Assembly: GCF_009914755.1 (NCBI RefSeq)
Contig: NC_060938.1
Reading direction: 5' to 3' (one strand)
DNA: 64,000 nucleotides
Source: the human T2T-CHM13v2.0 reference genome, Homo sapiens
The notes beneath the pieces were generated by a model. It saw only the letters and a list, made by a program, of their open reading frames with translations, made no database searches and was not told the origin of the DNA. The position numbers and the translations under genes were made by a program. Below are positions 46,209 to 62,800 of this stretch, piece by piece (the stretch's first letter is position 1; each line of letters begins with the position of its first letter).

Positions 46209-47608
46209 ATTTGATATGTGAAGAATCAATACCATGTCAAGGCAGTTATTATTATCAGTTCATAGGTGAAGAAACTGAGGTTCAGAATCTTCCCCAAATA
46301 ACAAAATTAGTAAAGGGCCTACCTGTGATTTGAAATCAGATCTAGTTGAATTAAAAACTCAGACTTTTCCTTCATTTATAACAAAAAGTGCCAACAAAGA
46401 AAAATCTCTCACACAAATCTTGGAAGGGAAACATTCAGCAACATAACTGCCTATGGTCCCACTTACAGTTTTCACCACAAATGCGGAAATGTTCTTTTTT
46501 CTTCTTCTTCTCGTGGTCATGTTTTATAGCACTTAACAACAGTTGCAGTTGATAAGTTAAGCCAAGGTCTCAGGACAGGGTCTTGCTCAAGGTGTCGGAA
46601 TCCCACTAATGCTGTGTTCCAGCTACGATTTTAATCAAAGGTGCGCTCCCTGAGAAAGTCCCGGAGGGTTCACTACCAAGGACAAAGTGAGGAGGGGGAG
46701 GGTTTGGGTGGTTTCTTTAAATTATTGTTATTAACTAGAGTCCTTACTTTATTCAGATTTCCTTAGTTTTTACCTAATGTCTTTTTTCTGCTCCAGAATT
46801 CTATTCAGGACACCACATTACATTTAATTGTGATGTTTCCTTAGGCTTCTTTGGCTATGACAGTTTCTCAAACTAAACTTTTTTTGATGACCGTGACAAC
46901 TTTGTGGAGAATTGATGAGGTATTTTGCAAAACGTAACTGATGTATTTTTAACTTGACTTCTCTTTCAAACAGTATCATTAATTATTAGGCCCAGGCATT
47001 CAAAATTTCTCCTGTTGGCAAAAGGAAGCAGTTGACTATTTTGTGGTGAAGATATGTAGTCAAAATAAACAAGAAAATCTCCTTGGAGGTGGGGTTTGAG
47101 GATTATTTAGTACAGGCTTTTTCTATGGAAGCGATAGTGCCCCTGAGAGGGCAAAAATTATTTTTTGGCCAGGCACAGTGACTCGTGCCTGTAATCACAA
47201 CACTTTGGGAGGCCGAGGCGGGCAGATCATCTGAGGTCATGAGTTCAAGACCAGCCTGGCAAACATTGTGAAACCCCGTCTCTACTAAAAATACAAAAAT
47301 GAGCCAAGTATGCTGGCGGGCACCTGTAATCCCAGCTACTCAGAAGGCTGAGATAGGAGAATTGCCTGAATCCAGGAGACGGAGGTTGCAGTGAGCGGAG
47401 ATCGCATCACTGCCCTCCAAGCTGGGCAACAGAGTGAGATCTGTCTTAAAAAAAAAATTATTTCTTGAGGGGTAAAAAAATCATAGATATTACAATGGTT
47501 TGTCGTCCTTCAAAATCAACCCTACTCAACAAAACTCATTTCATAGTATTTAATTTCATAGGACGGGTGGAGTGGTTAGGAAGAAAAATATCTAAAAGGT
47601 CTCCTCCT

Positions 47609-48720
<1,112 letters not shown>

Positions 48721-48721
48721 A

Positions 48722-50550
<1,829 letters not shown>

Positions 50551-50857
50551 GGCTGGGCGCAGTACTTCGCACCTATAATCCCAGCATTTTGGGAGGCTAA
50601 GGCGGGTGGATCACCTGAGGTCAGGAGTTTGAGACCAGCCTGGCCAACTTGGTGAAACTCCATCTCTACTAAAACCACAAAAATTAGCTGGGCATAGTGG
50701 TGTGTGCCTGTAGTCCCAGCTACTCAGGAGGCTGAGGCAGGAGAATCTCTTGAATCCAGGAGGTGGAGGTTACAGTGAGCCAAGATCATGCCACTGCACC
50801 CCAGCCTGAGAGACAGAGCAACTCAAAAAAAAAAAAGAAAATGTTATGTTACATTTC

Positions 50858-51417
50858 ATGTGTATATATGTGTGTGTGTGTATATACGTGTATATATACG
50901 TGTATATATACACATGTATATACGTGTATATATACGTGTATATATACGCATGTATATATATACGTGTATATATACGTGTATATATACGCATGTATATATA
51001 TACGTGTATATATACGTGTATATATACGCATGTATATATATACGTGTATATATACGTGTATATATACGCATGTATATATATACGTGTATATATACGTGTA
51101 TATATACGCATGTATATATATACGTGTATATATACGTGTATATATACGCATGTATATATATACGTGTATATATACGCATGTGTATATATACACGTATATA
51201 TACGCATGTGTATATACGCACGTGTATATATACTCACGTGTGTATATATATACACGTGAGTATATATACACACACACATATATAATATAATATATATAAT
51301 ATAATATATATAATTTATATATGTGTGTGTGTATATATATACACACACATATACACACATACACACATACATACATATATGTGTATATATATAATATATA
51401 TATACATATATATATAG
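50858..51417. repeat. Alternating purine-pyrimidine mini/microsatellite with a 40-bp unit, ~6-7 copies
   Basis: Unit tatatacgcatgtatatatatacgtgtatatatacgtgta repeated exactly from 50941 to ~51170; flanked by (TA)n and (CA)n. Confidence 0.97.
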
Positions 51418-51667
51418 TGGCAATGGCGCAATCTCAGCTCACTGCAACCTCTGCCTCCTGGGTTCAAGCAATTCTCCTGCCTCAGCCTCCCAAGTAACTG
51501 AGATTACAGGCATGTGCCACCACGCCCAGCTAATTTTTGTATTTTTAATAGAGACGGGGTTTTGCCATGTTGGTCAGGCTGGTCTCAAGCTCCTGACCTC
51601 AGGTGATCCACCTGCCTCGGCCTCCCAAAGTGCTGGGATTACAGGTGTGAGCCACCATACCCAGCCT

Positions 51668-52845
<1,178 letters not shown>

Positions 52846-54791
52846 TACTTGGTGTATACACTGGTTTTATACTCACTCTTTTGAGAGTCGGTTCTTGAAA
52901 TCAAGTTTAGGCCTTTCTACCGTCTCTGCCTGATCTTCTGTGCTTTCTAGATCTCTGGTTATCCCCTCTCTTGGGATGATAGAATTCATACTCCTGTGAG
53001 TTCCAGTACTAATGTTCCTGGCCCCTCTTTCATGTGAGGCCCTCAAACAAACAAAAATCATATGTTGGCACCTTGAATTATAAATACAGAAAACTGTAGT
53101 GAGACATTGTCAATTCTGTCCCCAGTCTTGATTGGTTGCATGCAAGTGATAGAATAGGATGTATGATTCTTGATTTTAAGAGTAATAGCTTTTATTATGG
53201 ACAGACATTGTCCTACATATTTTTTATATGTGACCTCAACTAATCCTCAACAAATCTCTGAAGTTGATACCATGTTTATCATGATATTTTACATAGGGAA
53301 CCTGATGTTAAAAAAGTTACGTTCCCTGCCTGCGGCCACACTACTCCCAAAAGGCACAGTGGAGTGTGAAACAGGTCTGTTTCACTCCAGAGCCAAGGCT
53401 CTGAAACACCATACCCCACGCCTCGGTGATAGTGGCTAACTTTCTGAGTGTCCACAGAACGCTGAACACTACGCTTTCTCTGAATGTCATCTTTACCACA
53501 GTACTTCTAATTAAGTGTTATGAATATTTCCATTTTACAGAAGTCCCACAGGCACTTGGAGTTGTTATCCTGTCTCAGGTTTTTAAAATCCAGGCTAGAC
53601 CCATAAAAAATAAGCCAATCTTTGTAACTACTGCACTCCTTCCAACCTCCATTCATTCACTCCTTCTTTCACAAATGCTAGAAAAATGTTCCTTTGACTT
53701 AAGAATGTGTATGTCCAGACATTCCCTGGATTTTAAAAGGGCAGATTTTTTTTTTGGTAGAATAGTATATCCGTCTCTCTATGTTCATTAATAGTGCATT
53801 GGGAATTTCTGAATTGAACCATATTCCAAGAGTAACTGAGAACATGAACACTCATGAACCGAGAACATGAACTGAGAACATGAAAGCTCAGCTGATGGCA
53901 GGGGAGAAGTTGCAGAGGAAGCGTGAGGGCTGTTGCACACTAACTAGCTGGAGGTACACAACTGACCAAGCATGCACGAAGGCTGCCTCGCTTCACATCT
54001 TGCCAAGGGCTTTCATGCCCCTACTTTTTCTTTTCCCCTTACAGCAGCCTCAGAAGGGACGCAGGGCCAGTTCCCTAAGACCTGTTAACGGTTTCTAAAG
54101 TCCCTCCACTCCATCCAGCTGTCCCAGGAAGAAGTAGATGTTCATTTGTCCCCACAGACACTTCTATTCACCCCACAGCCACCCCATCCCCACCACCGTG
54201 GCATCTAATTTAGACCAGCCCGCCATAGGGATGTGTCAGGGCAGCTACGGATGCAATCCAAGAGAAGTGGAAGAATTGGTTAAAGGGTGTATTCATTTCC
54301 TAGGGCTGCCATAACAAAATGGGCGGCTCAAACGATAGAAATGCATTTATTTATTTATTTATTTTTTAAAATTTTGAGACAGGGTCTCATTGTTGCCCAG
54401 GCTGGAGCGCAGCCTCGACCCCCAAGGCTCAAGTGATCCTCCATCTCAGCCTCCCGAGTAGCTGGGACTATAGGTGTTTGCAACCTTGCCTGGCTAATTT
54501 TTTAATATTTTTTTGTAGAGACGGGGGTCTCACTATGTTGCCCAGGCTGCTCTTGAACTCCTGAGCTCAAGCAATCCTCCTGCCTCAGCCTCCCAAAGTG
54601 CTGGGGTTACAGGCGTGAGGCAGCATGCCCAGCCAGAAATTCATTTTCTCACTGGAGGCCAGAAGTTCAAGAACACGGTATGGCAGGTTTGGTTTCTCCT
54701 GCTTCCTCCTTCCTTGTTCTGCAGTGAGCAGGTCTATGCCAATGTACCCCCAAGGGCTGAGGGAGATGAGAGGCCAAAGAAAGGGCTTGAC

Positions 54792-55301
54792 TGAAGTAGG
54801 AAACTAAGAAAATAACAAATAATAGCATACGTAATAATAATAAGAGAAATAACAATAGCTCATAGAATGAATTGCTGTATTAACCAAGGCTGAAAAGAAT
54901 TTAAGTAGCCCCCCTGAAGTTAAAGTTAGAAGAGAATATTAACTGTCTGTCCCAAGAAACGTTAACCATATCTATCCTCCACATATTTTGTAGGCTCTGT
55001 AAACTCCTGTTTCTTTCTTCCCTGCACAGCTGCAAGGTCACAAGACAGATAAGCATAAGCTGCAAACCAAGTTCTCACAGAGATGTAAGACATGTTCCAA
55101 AAGTGTCACAGCAGCCTTTTGTTCTCACTTCTGTAAGCCTGCTTCACTTAGTTCCTGCCTCAAAATGCTTAAAAGGGACTCATTTTCTTTGTTCTTGGGC
55201 TCAGCCTTTTAGGACACAAGTCCGCTGGGCCAGTGTACACCTTAAAATAAACACCCTCCTGCACGCCATCTGGTCTCTCTGGTTCCTTAAATCCCACTTC
55301 A
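54792..55301 (+). mobile_element. ERV1 solo LTR nested in another LTR fragment
   Basis: Terminal inverted repeat tgaagt...acttca; perfect 4-bp TSD TGAC; AATAAA at ~55246. Confidence 0.85.
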
Positions 55302-55943
55302 TGACAAGTTCAGTTTCTCAGAAAGAAACATTTAATAGGGACTTACAAATAGAAGCCATGTCTCAGGCAGCCACAAGACAGTGGATCTCCGCACAGGCCC
55401 TGCAGAAAGTATTCTTTATATGGCAAGCTTCCCCACCCCCCACCCTGTGAGATGGAATCTTGCTCTGTCACTCAGGCTGGAATGCAGTGGCGCGATGTCG
55501 GCTCACTGCAACCTCTGCCTCCCAGGTTAAGTGTTGACAGATGCCAAAGGTAGTCTTTCAGTGGCTGTCAGGAAGGGTTGCCAAGAGTGGAGTGGACTCA
55601 CAGGCTAAGAACACTGGGAGCCTGTGAGAGCCCACCAGCAAGCTCTGGGAGAGAGCTACCGCTCCACAGCACTTACTGAGGAGGGGAGCTTTCTTCCTGA
55701 GTTAGAGCAATGGCTTCCTGAGTTAGAACAATGGCTTGGAAGTCAGGAAACCTAGGGTGTAGTCCCGGCTGTGCCACTAACTAGCAACAAGCCATGTGCA
55801 AGTCACCGGAAAGGCAGGGGTCACATTTGGTCAGGGATGGCAAATGTGTGGCACACACACCCTTCCCCCTCTCGTGCCTTCGATAGAGGCTGTTGTTCAA
55901 CCACACCACTGTCCAGAATTTTTTGCTACAGCATTTTGGGTAG

Positions 55944-56337
<394 letters not shown>

Positions 56338-56817
56338 TAAGGTTCTGGCTTTCCAACTAAGAGGTGCCCATTTTTCTGATTTAGTAATAGCTCACTCAAA
56401 AAAAAAAAAGGAAAATGGAAATTTAGGATCATAATTTCATTGAGTCCTCTTCCCCACCCTGAGGCTAAGCAGGATCTTCCTGAGGTCACACTTGCCTTCC
56501 TTCTGTGCCAGAGAATGATTGTATTTGAGCTTCACCCCTCTGTCAGTTCACCCTGCATGGCAGTGTCCCAGGCTGTAGCTCCCTTTTGTCTAAAACAGCC
56601 CACACTTAACAGTTTTATGTTTGGCATCAGGGAATCTACAAGGAAAGGAATTTTCTCAAGCCACTAAAATCCAAGTCAGAAGGGAAGGCATTTAATTACT
56701 CCATTCACCGTTCTCCAAAGTGAATCAGATTTACAGTTCTTACCCCTTGCTGGAAGGCAATGCCAGAAACAGTACCTAGACAGAACCGCTTCAGAAATCA
56801 GGTGTTTGCAACTGCGT

Positions 56818-56823
56818 TTTATT
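56818..56823 (-). terminator. RNASE1 polyadenylation signal
   Basis: tttatt on + strand is AATAAA on - strand, ~220 nt after stop. Confidence 0.85.
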
Positions 56824-57039
56824 GAAAGAAAGAGTGGAGGGGTTAACATGGGGCCCACCTCACAACCCACTCTTCACCCCCAAAATCACGCAGGGATGGG
56901 ACTCAGGAAAGGGAAGCATGTGTGTGTTGAATAGGAGCCCTAACTGTAGTTACTTCTTTCACAGCAGGGAAGGAAGAGGGAAGAGGCAGCTGTGGAGAGG
57001 ATGAGGTTGAGGGAGGTGGGGTATCTCGCTGCTCTGACC

Positions 57040-57597
<558 letters not shown>

Positions 57598-58238
57598 CTA
57601 TGGCTTGCCTGGTTTACACTTTCTGTTTCAGGTCAGCCAGAAAGACGTCCATCCTACTTCCTGAGGTTTTTCGTGTAATGAGACACTCACGTGTACCCTT
57701 TTCCACGAGCGTTTTATTCCCACTCTCCAAAGCGAGGTCTTCCTCCCCTCTAGGTGGTGACCTACAAAGTGACCTAAAATCCTGTCAGTTCCTATCTTTG
57801 AATACTGGAGTTTCTTTGATCCAAAATACATTTGTACCCAGTGCTCAAATGGCTCATCGAAACATCAGTTTGAATAAATCATGAACCAAATTGTATCCCC
57901 GACATCCAGGGCCATGGGTGACAGAGCCTTGTTGTCTTGGAGCATAAGGGAACTCAGGCCAGTGCCTGACACTGGCATCATAAAAGATTCCATTGTATTC
58001 CAGAGAGAAACGCTGGCCTCCCCCAATTTGGAGGCTCCTTCTTCTCCAGTCCCATGGATGCTCTGCAGCCTGCACGTTCCACCCTGACCCCTCTGCCCCC
58101 AGCTGATGTTTGCCTGGGCCACATTTTTTCAGCGCTAGCATCACCCAATCTTTCTCAGTGCTGTGGACTGGCCCTAGCTCCCTCTTCTGCAACCCTGAAG
58201 CAGAAGCGGCACCTGAGAACACCTCTTGGGCTGCTTAC

Positions 58239-58290
58239 CTGGATCTGCAGCTTGGTGTCTGAGAGAGATGGAAGGCCAGTTTCTGCAATC
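58239..58290 (-). other. RNASE1: RNASE1 non-coding exon 1 (TSS approximate)
   Basis: Donor CAG|GTAAGC on - strand at 58238; TATA box just upstream. Confidence 0.8.
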
Positions 58291-58313
58291 ACTCAGCTCC
58301 CGGGGTGTGGACC

Positions 58314-58318
58314 TTATA
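58314..58318 (-). promoter_or_regulatory. RNASE1 TATA box (TATAA)
   Basis: tgTATAAggt on - strand, ~25-30 nt before exon 1. Confidence 0.75.
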
Positions 58319-59189
58319 CAGATTACAAAGGGGTTTGGCTTCCAAGAGGAAAAGGGTGGGAGGAGCATCTGGAGCTCAGTTCAAATAAAATCAAGGACGT
58401 GAGGAAGGAGTGGTGAATCACCCAGGCCGCCGTCTTTCTAGGGCTGCTGAAGAAAGAGCAAATCTTTGCCTACGTTAGTCTTTCTTCCTATGTGAACCAC
58501 ATCTGTCTGCTGATGCACAAGGAGCAGCAGAGAAAGCCACTACAGCACTGGTGCCCAAACCTGGCACACTAGGAACAAAGTCCTTGTTACTTCTTCGTGG
58601 GCGTTTTCACCAAGTAGACTTGGAGGTTAACAAAGGACGCAAAGGAGAGGTTCTAATGGGAGATAGGGAATTCTGGCCAAAGCTATTCCAGGGCTCCTAG
58701 GGAGCAAAACCCAAGTCTCTTTCTAGGAGGGCATTCTCCCAACGCTACCTCTCCCGGGGATGGGAGGCGGGGTCGGGGGGAATGGAGGCTGTCCTGCTGC
58801 CCCCAGCTGGAAGGCTTCCCAGATCTGGAGAAGAAAGGGGGAGTAACTGAATAGGAAGGAGGAGGAGGCCTCTAGGGTGCGCTCACCCAGTTCTGGCCAC
58901 TTCCCACCCACCCTCCACCCCTGCTCTGGGGGCATCGAGAGGATGGGGCTGTTCTTATCTACAGTAACCACTGACCCTGTAGGTCGGAATTGAGTAGAGG
59001 AACTAAAGATAAACTTAAATCCCAAATCTCAAATTCTTTTTGGGGAAAAAATACAAAGAATATCATATTTATTAGCAGCAGAATGCCCTCCTAGAAAGAG
59101 ACCTGTTTTTTTGCTGAGTAACAATTTGGATACCTCTAAGAATTATCAAAATATCCCTTCGTGCTGTGTATTCAGATTGTTTCAGCCTT

Positions 59190-59610
59190 TCTGTGTAAAA
59201 AGTGGCCATAGTGAAATTATCTGACCTACCTTGTGTGATTGTAGGTCGTAAGATCCTCATTCCAGAGAGCGTCCTGCCCCCCATACCCAGAAAAAAAGGA
59301 CGAATGCTCAGAGAGGCCAAGAAGAATCTAGACAGGGAGGCCTTGCTGGGTTTCCCCACTCAGTCTATTTTCATTAGATCGCCCTGTTGTCCAGTCATAT
59401 TTCTACACAGCTGTTCATACTTTGTTGATATCCAAGTGTAAGAATGCCCACTTTCCCCTGTTATCTTTGGGTCTTCTGAAGGCTCCCGTGTCGTGTAAAA
59501 CTACGATCAAATCAATTTCTATGCGTTTTTTCCTATCAATCTGTCTTTTGTCAGTTGATTTTCAGCAAACCTTTGGAGGGTGAAAGGGGAATTTTTCCTT
59601 GGCCCCTACA
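59190..59610 (+). mobile_element. MER4-group LTR (left boundary uncertain)
   Basis: 3' end tttttcctatcaatctg...ccttggcccctaca. Confidence 0.65.
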
Positions 59611-59899
59611 GTTTCCTTACTCCCCCAGCCCCCACCTGTATTTTATTTTTCTGAGTCTTTAATAATACTTTTATTCTCTTGAATAGTCAAGTTAGAATGT
59701 GTTCATTCATTCATTAGACTGTGGGATACAGACATAAATAAGGCACAGGACTCACCTGAAGGGCGCCTGGTGGGATGGTTTGGTTAGTCAGGTGGACCCC
59801 ACTAAGGCACTGGGCGTGGCTGCACAAAAGTGGCCTCCACCCAGCAAGATGATTTCAGAACCACAGTTCAGATGTGAACAGATCTTCTGTAACTATAAT

Positions 59900-62800
59900 A
59901 AGGCTCTTCAACAGCCCCTGGCCCTAGGAATCCTGAAACTACAGGAAGCCATTTTGTCTATTTATGCATAGCAATCTAGACAAGCCCTTGGAGCTTTAAT
60001 TGCACTTCAATGGGGAACCATCAGAAGCCCTTACTGCAGCCTTATCCTTGACCCAGTTGCAGAGGCATAGCCCCGCTTGTCTTAGGGCAGTAGATGCCAT
60101 GGCAACATTTGTTGTTGCTTCTGCTGAACTTGTTCTAGACTCCCTGCTTGACCTCCTGGTTTCTCACGCAGCACAGGCATTACACCTGACTGAGAACTCA
60201 CTGCACACTTCAGGCAGCCGATTAACCTCTTATAAGATTCTATCCCTCTCTCCCTCTCATAAATTACTACTCATCTCTGCAACACACTGAATTCTGCCAC
60301 CCTCTGTCCCTACCAGAAGGGGAGCCTCTTGATTGTCTTACCTCAGTAGGAAACATTCTGCATGTCAGTCAGATTTATTAGCAACTCCTATTGAGAACCC
60401 GGACCTAATATGATTTATTGATGGAACATACCCCAGAATTGAAACTTGAAGTTAGTACACTGAGGAAAGAAAAATCAATTCTTCCTTTACCCTCCTAGAG
60501 GGCTGGGGGCCCTGTAAATTAAAATGACAAAAGACAGATTTAACAGGAGAAAAGGCATAAAAATTTAATTTAATATTAATATTCTACATGAATATGGAAG
60601 TCTTCATAAAAAAAGAAGTGAAGACTCAAAGAAGCAATTAAACCTGAGAGTTTATAGGCCATTTTGACAAAGAAAATTGTGCAGAAGTGACAAGACAGTG
60701 TTCCATGAAAGGGCCACATATGTGAAGTGGCCCCAAATGCTGAAGGAGCCTAGAAACTAAAGAAAGGCAGACAAATTCAGTTTGTCAGTAAAGCGTGTTT
60801 TATTCTATTGGGGAACTTATAGCCAGAAGTGTCGTCTTGGGCAGCAGCAAGACATGTAAATCTCAGCACTGTTATTCCCCAGACCCAGAGCTTATATACC
60901 ATAGGGAAAAGGGGTACGTGCTATATAGAGACAATGAAAGGCAACTCTTCAGAACAGGCAAGAATGCTGTGTTTGTCATAGCCCATAATTTGCATGATAA
61001 CGTTAAGGTTGTTTTGATCTAAAGGCAGGATTTATAGTGAATACATGTTTCTACACTAGAGACAGTAAATAAAGTAGAAATCAGGAGGCATTCCCGGGAC
61101 ATGGTTAATCAGACGTCAACATGGTAGATTAGCATTCAAGATGGAGTCACTTTTGTCTCTGCACATAGGAAAGGGATTTTGAGCTTCTGGGGAGGTTGCG
61201 ACAAGCGGACTAGGAAATGTATAGTATATAAGGGTTGTTTAGTAAAGTTTGTTAAGCAAATTCAAGTTGGTTGTCTTCTCCATTGATAAGTCCTCCGTGA
61301 TTAAGTCCTCCTCTTCCTGGCACAGGAAAGGGAGACATCCATACAAATGGGAATATAAATGGAAATTTCTCTTACAAAAGGGAAACTTGGCTAGGCATAG
61401 TGGCTCACTCCTGTAATCCCAGCCCTGTGGGAGGCCAAGGCAGGCAGATTGCTTGAGTTTAGGAGTTTGAGACCAGCCTGGGCAAGGTGGCGAAACCCTT
61501 TTTCTACAAAATATACAAAACTAGCCATGCATGGTGGCATGCTCCTGTAGTCTCAGCTACTCAGGGGGATGAGGTGGAAGAACACTGGAGATGGAGGCTG
61601 CAGTGAGTCGTGATTGTACCACTGTACTCCAGCCTGGGTGACAGAGAGAGACACTGTTTAAAAAAAAAAAAAAGGACATTTATAGTTCTTTCACAGCAGG
61701 GAAGGAAGAGGGGAGAGGCAGCTGTGGAAATGATGAGCCCTGTTTTTTGAGTTTTTCCTGCATTTACTGTTTTTCAAAATAATCAACTCAAAATTATTGA
61801 GCTGGCATATTCTGGTTCCCTACATTATTAATAGGCTATGCTACCCCTATTTTAAACTCTTCTTAAGAAAAAGTCTACTACCTGCAGTAAAATCAGCCCA
61901 GATAGCAAAATGTATTGCATTTACTAGAATTTGTCACCTAAACAAAGACCAGAGAGCAAACATATATACAGACTGCAGGTATGCTTTTGAAATAGCATAT
62001 GATTTTGAGATGCTTTGAAAATAGGCATTAGAAGACCAGGCATGGTGGCTCGTACCTGTAATCCCAGCACTTTGGGAGGCTGAGGCGGGTGGATCACCTG
62101 AGGTTGGGAGTTCGAGACCAACCTGACCAGCATGGAGAAACCCTGTCTCTATTAAACATACAAAATTAGCCGGGCATGGTGGCACATGCCTGTAATCCCA
62201 GCCACTCAGGAAGGCTGAGGCAGGAGAATCGCTTGAACCCAGGAGGCAGAGGTTGCGGTGAGCCGAGATCGTGCCATTGTACTCCAGCCTGGGCAACAAG
62301 AGCAAAAACTCCGTCTCAAAAAGAAAAGAAAAGAAAAGAAAATAGGCATTAGAAATGGACAGCAAGTTAAGGAACTTTCAGATGCACCCCCACTTCCTAG
62401 AGAAGTGGCTATTATATAGGTAGAGGTCCATATAAAAAGAGACAATATGGAAACTAAAGGAAATTCTCTAGCAGATCATTATGCCAAAGAAGCTACTTTA
62501 ACCAAGCTTATGACTCTATCTATACCTTTAAAGGATAAATCTCTGGGGGATTCAAAGAGGCCATTATAAAATATTGACATTTAGCCCCTGATTTTGAAAA
62601 AGAATGGAAAACATCTAGTTGTACTCTTCACTCAGATAATTCCTGGTGCTGCTTGGTGACACCAGATGATCTCAAGTAGATATTTCTAAAGGAGTTCAAA
62701 ACATACCACCCCAAAATATGCCTTTCTGGCATATGGATTATTTTGAATTAAAAGCTCTTGAAAAACAGCAGATGCAAGAAGGGCACTCTGATCTTTCTAA

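Noticed and set aside
50941-51170. Regularly spaced repeat as a possible CRISPR array
   Set aside because: Identical tandem units with no unique spacers, no cas genes, eukaryotic DNA
50763-51423. Six overlapping 120-217 aa Tyr/Ile/Val-rich ORFs
   Set aside because: Stop-free translations of the TA/CG minisatellite
55693-55737. 21-bp tandem duplication ttcctgagttaga(g/a)caatggc
   Set aside because: Ordinary slippage duplication with no further signal
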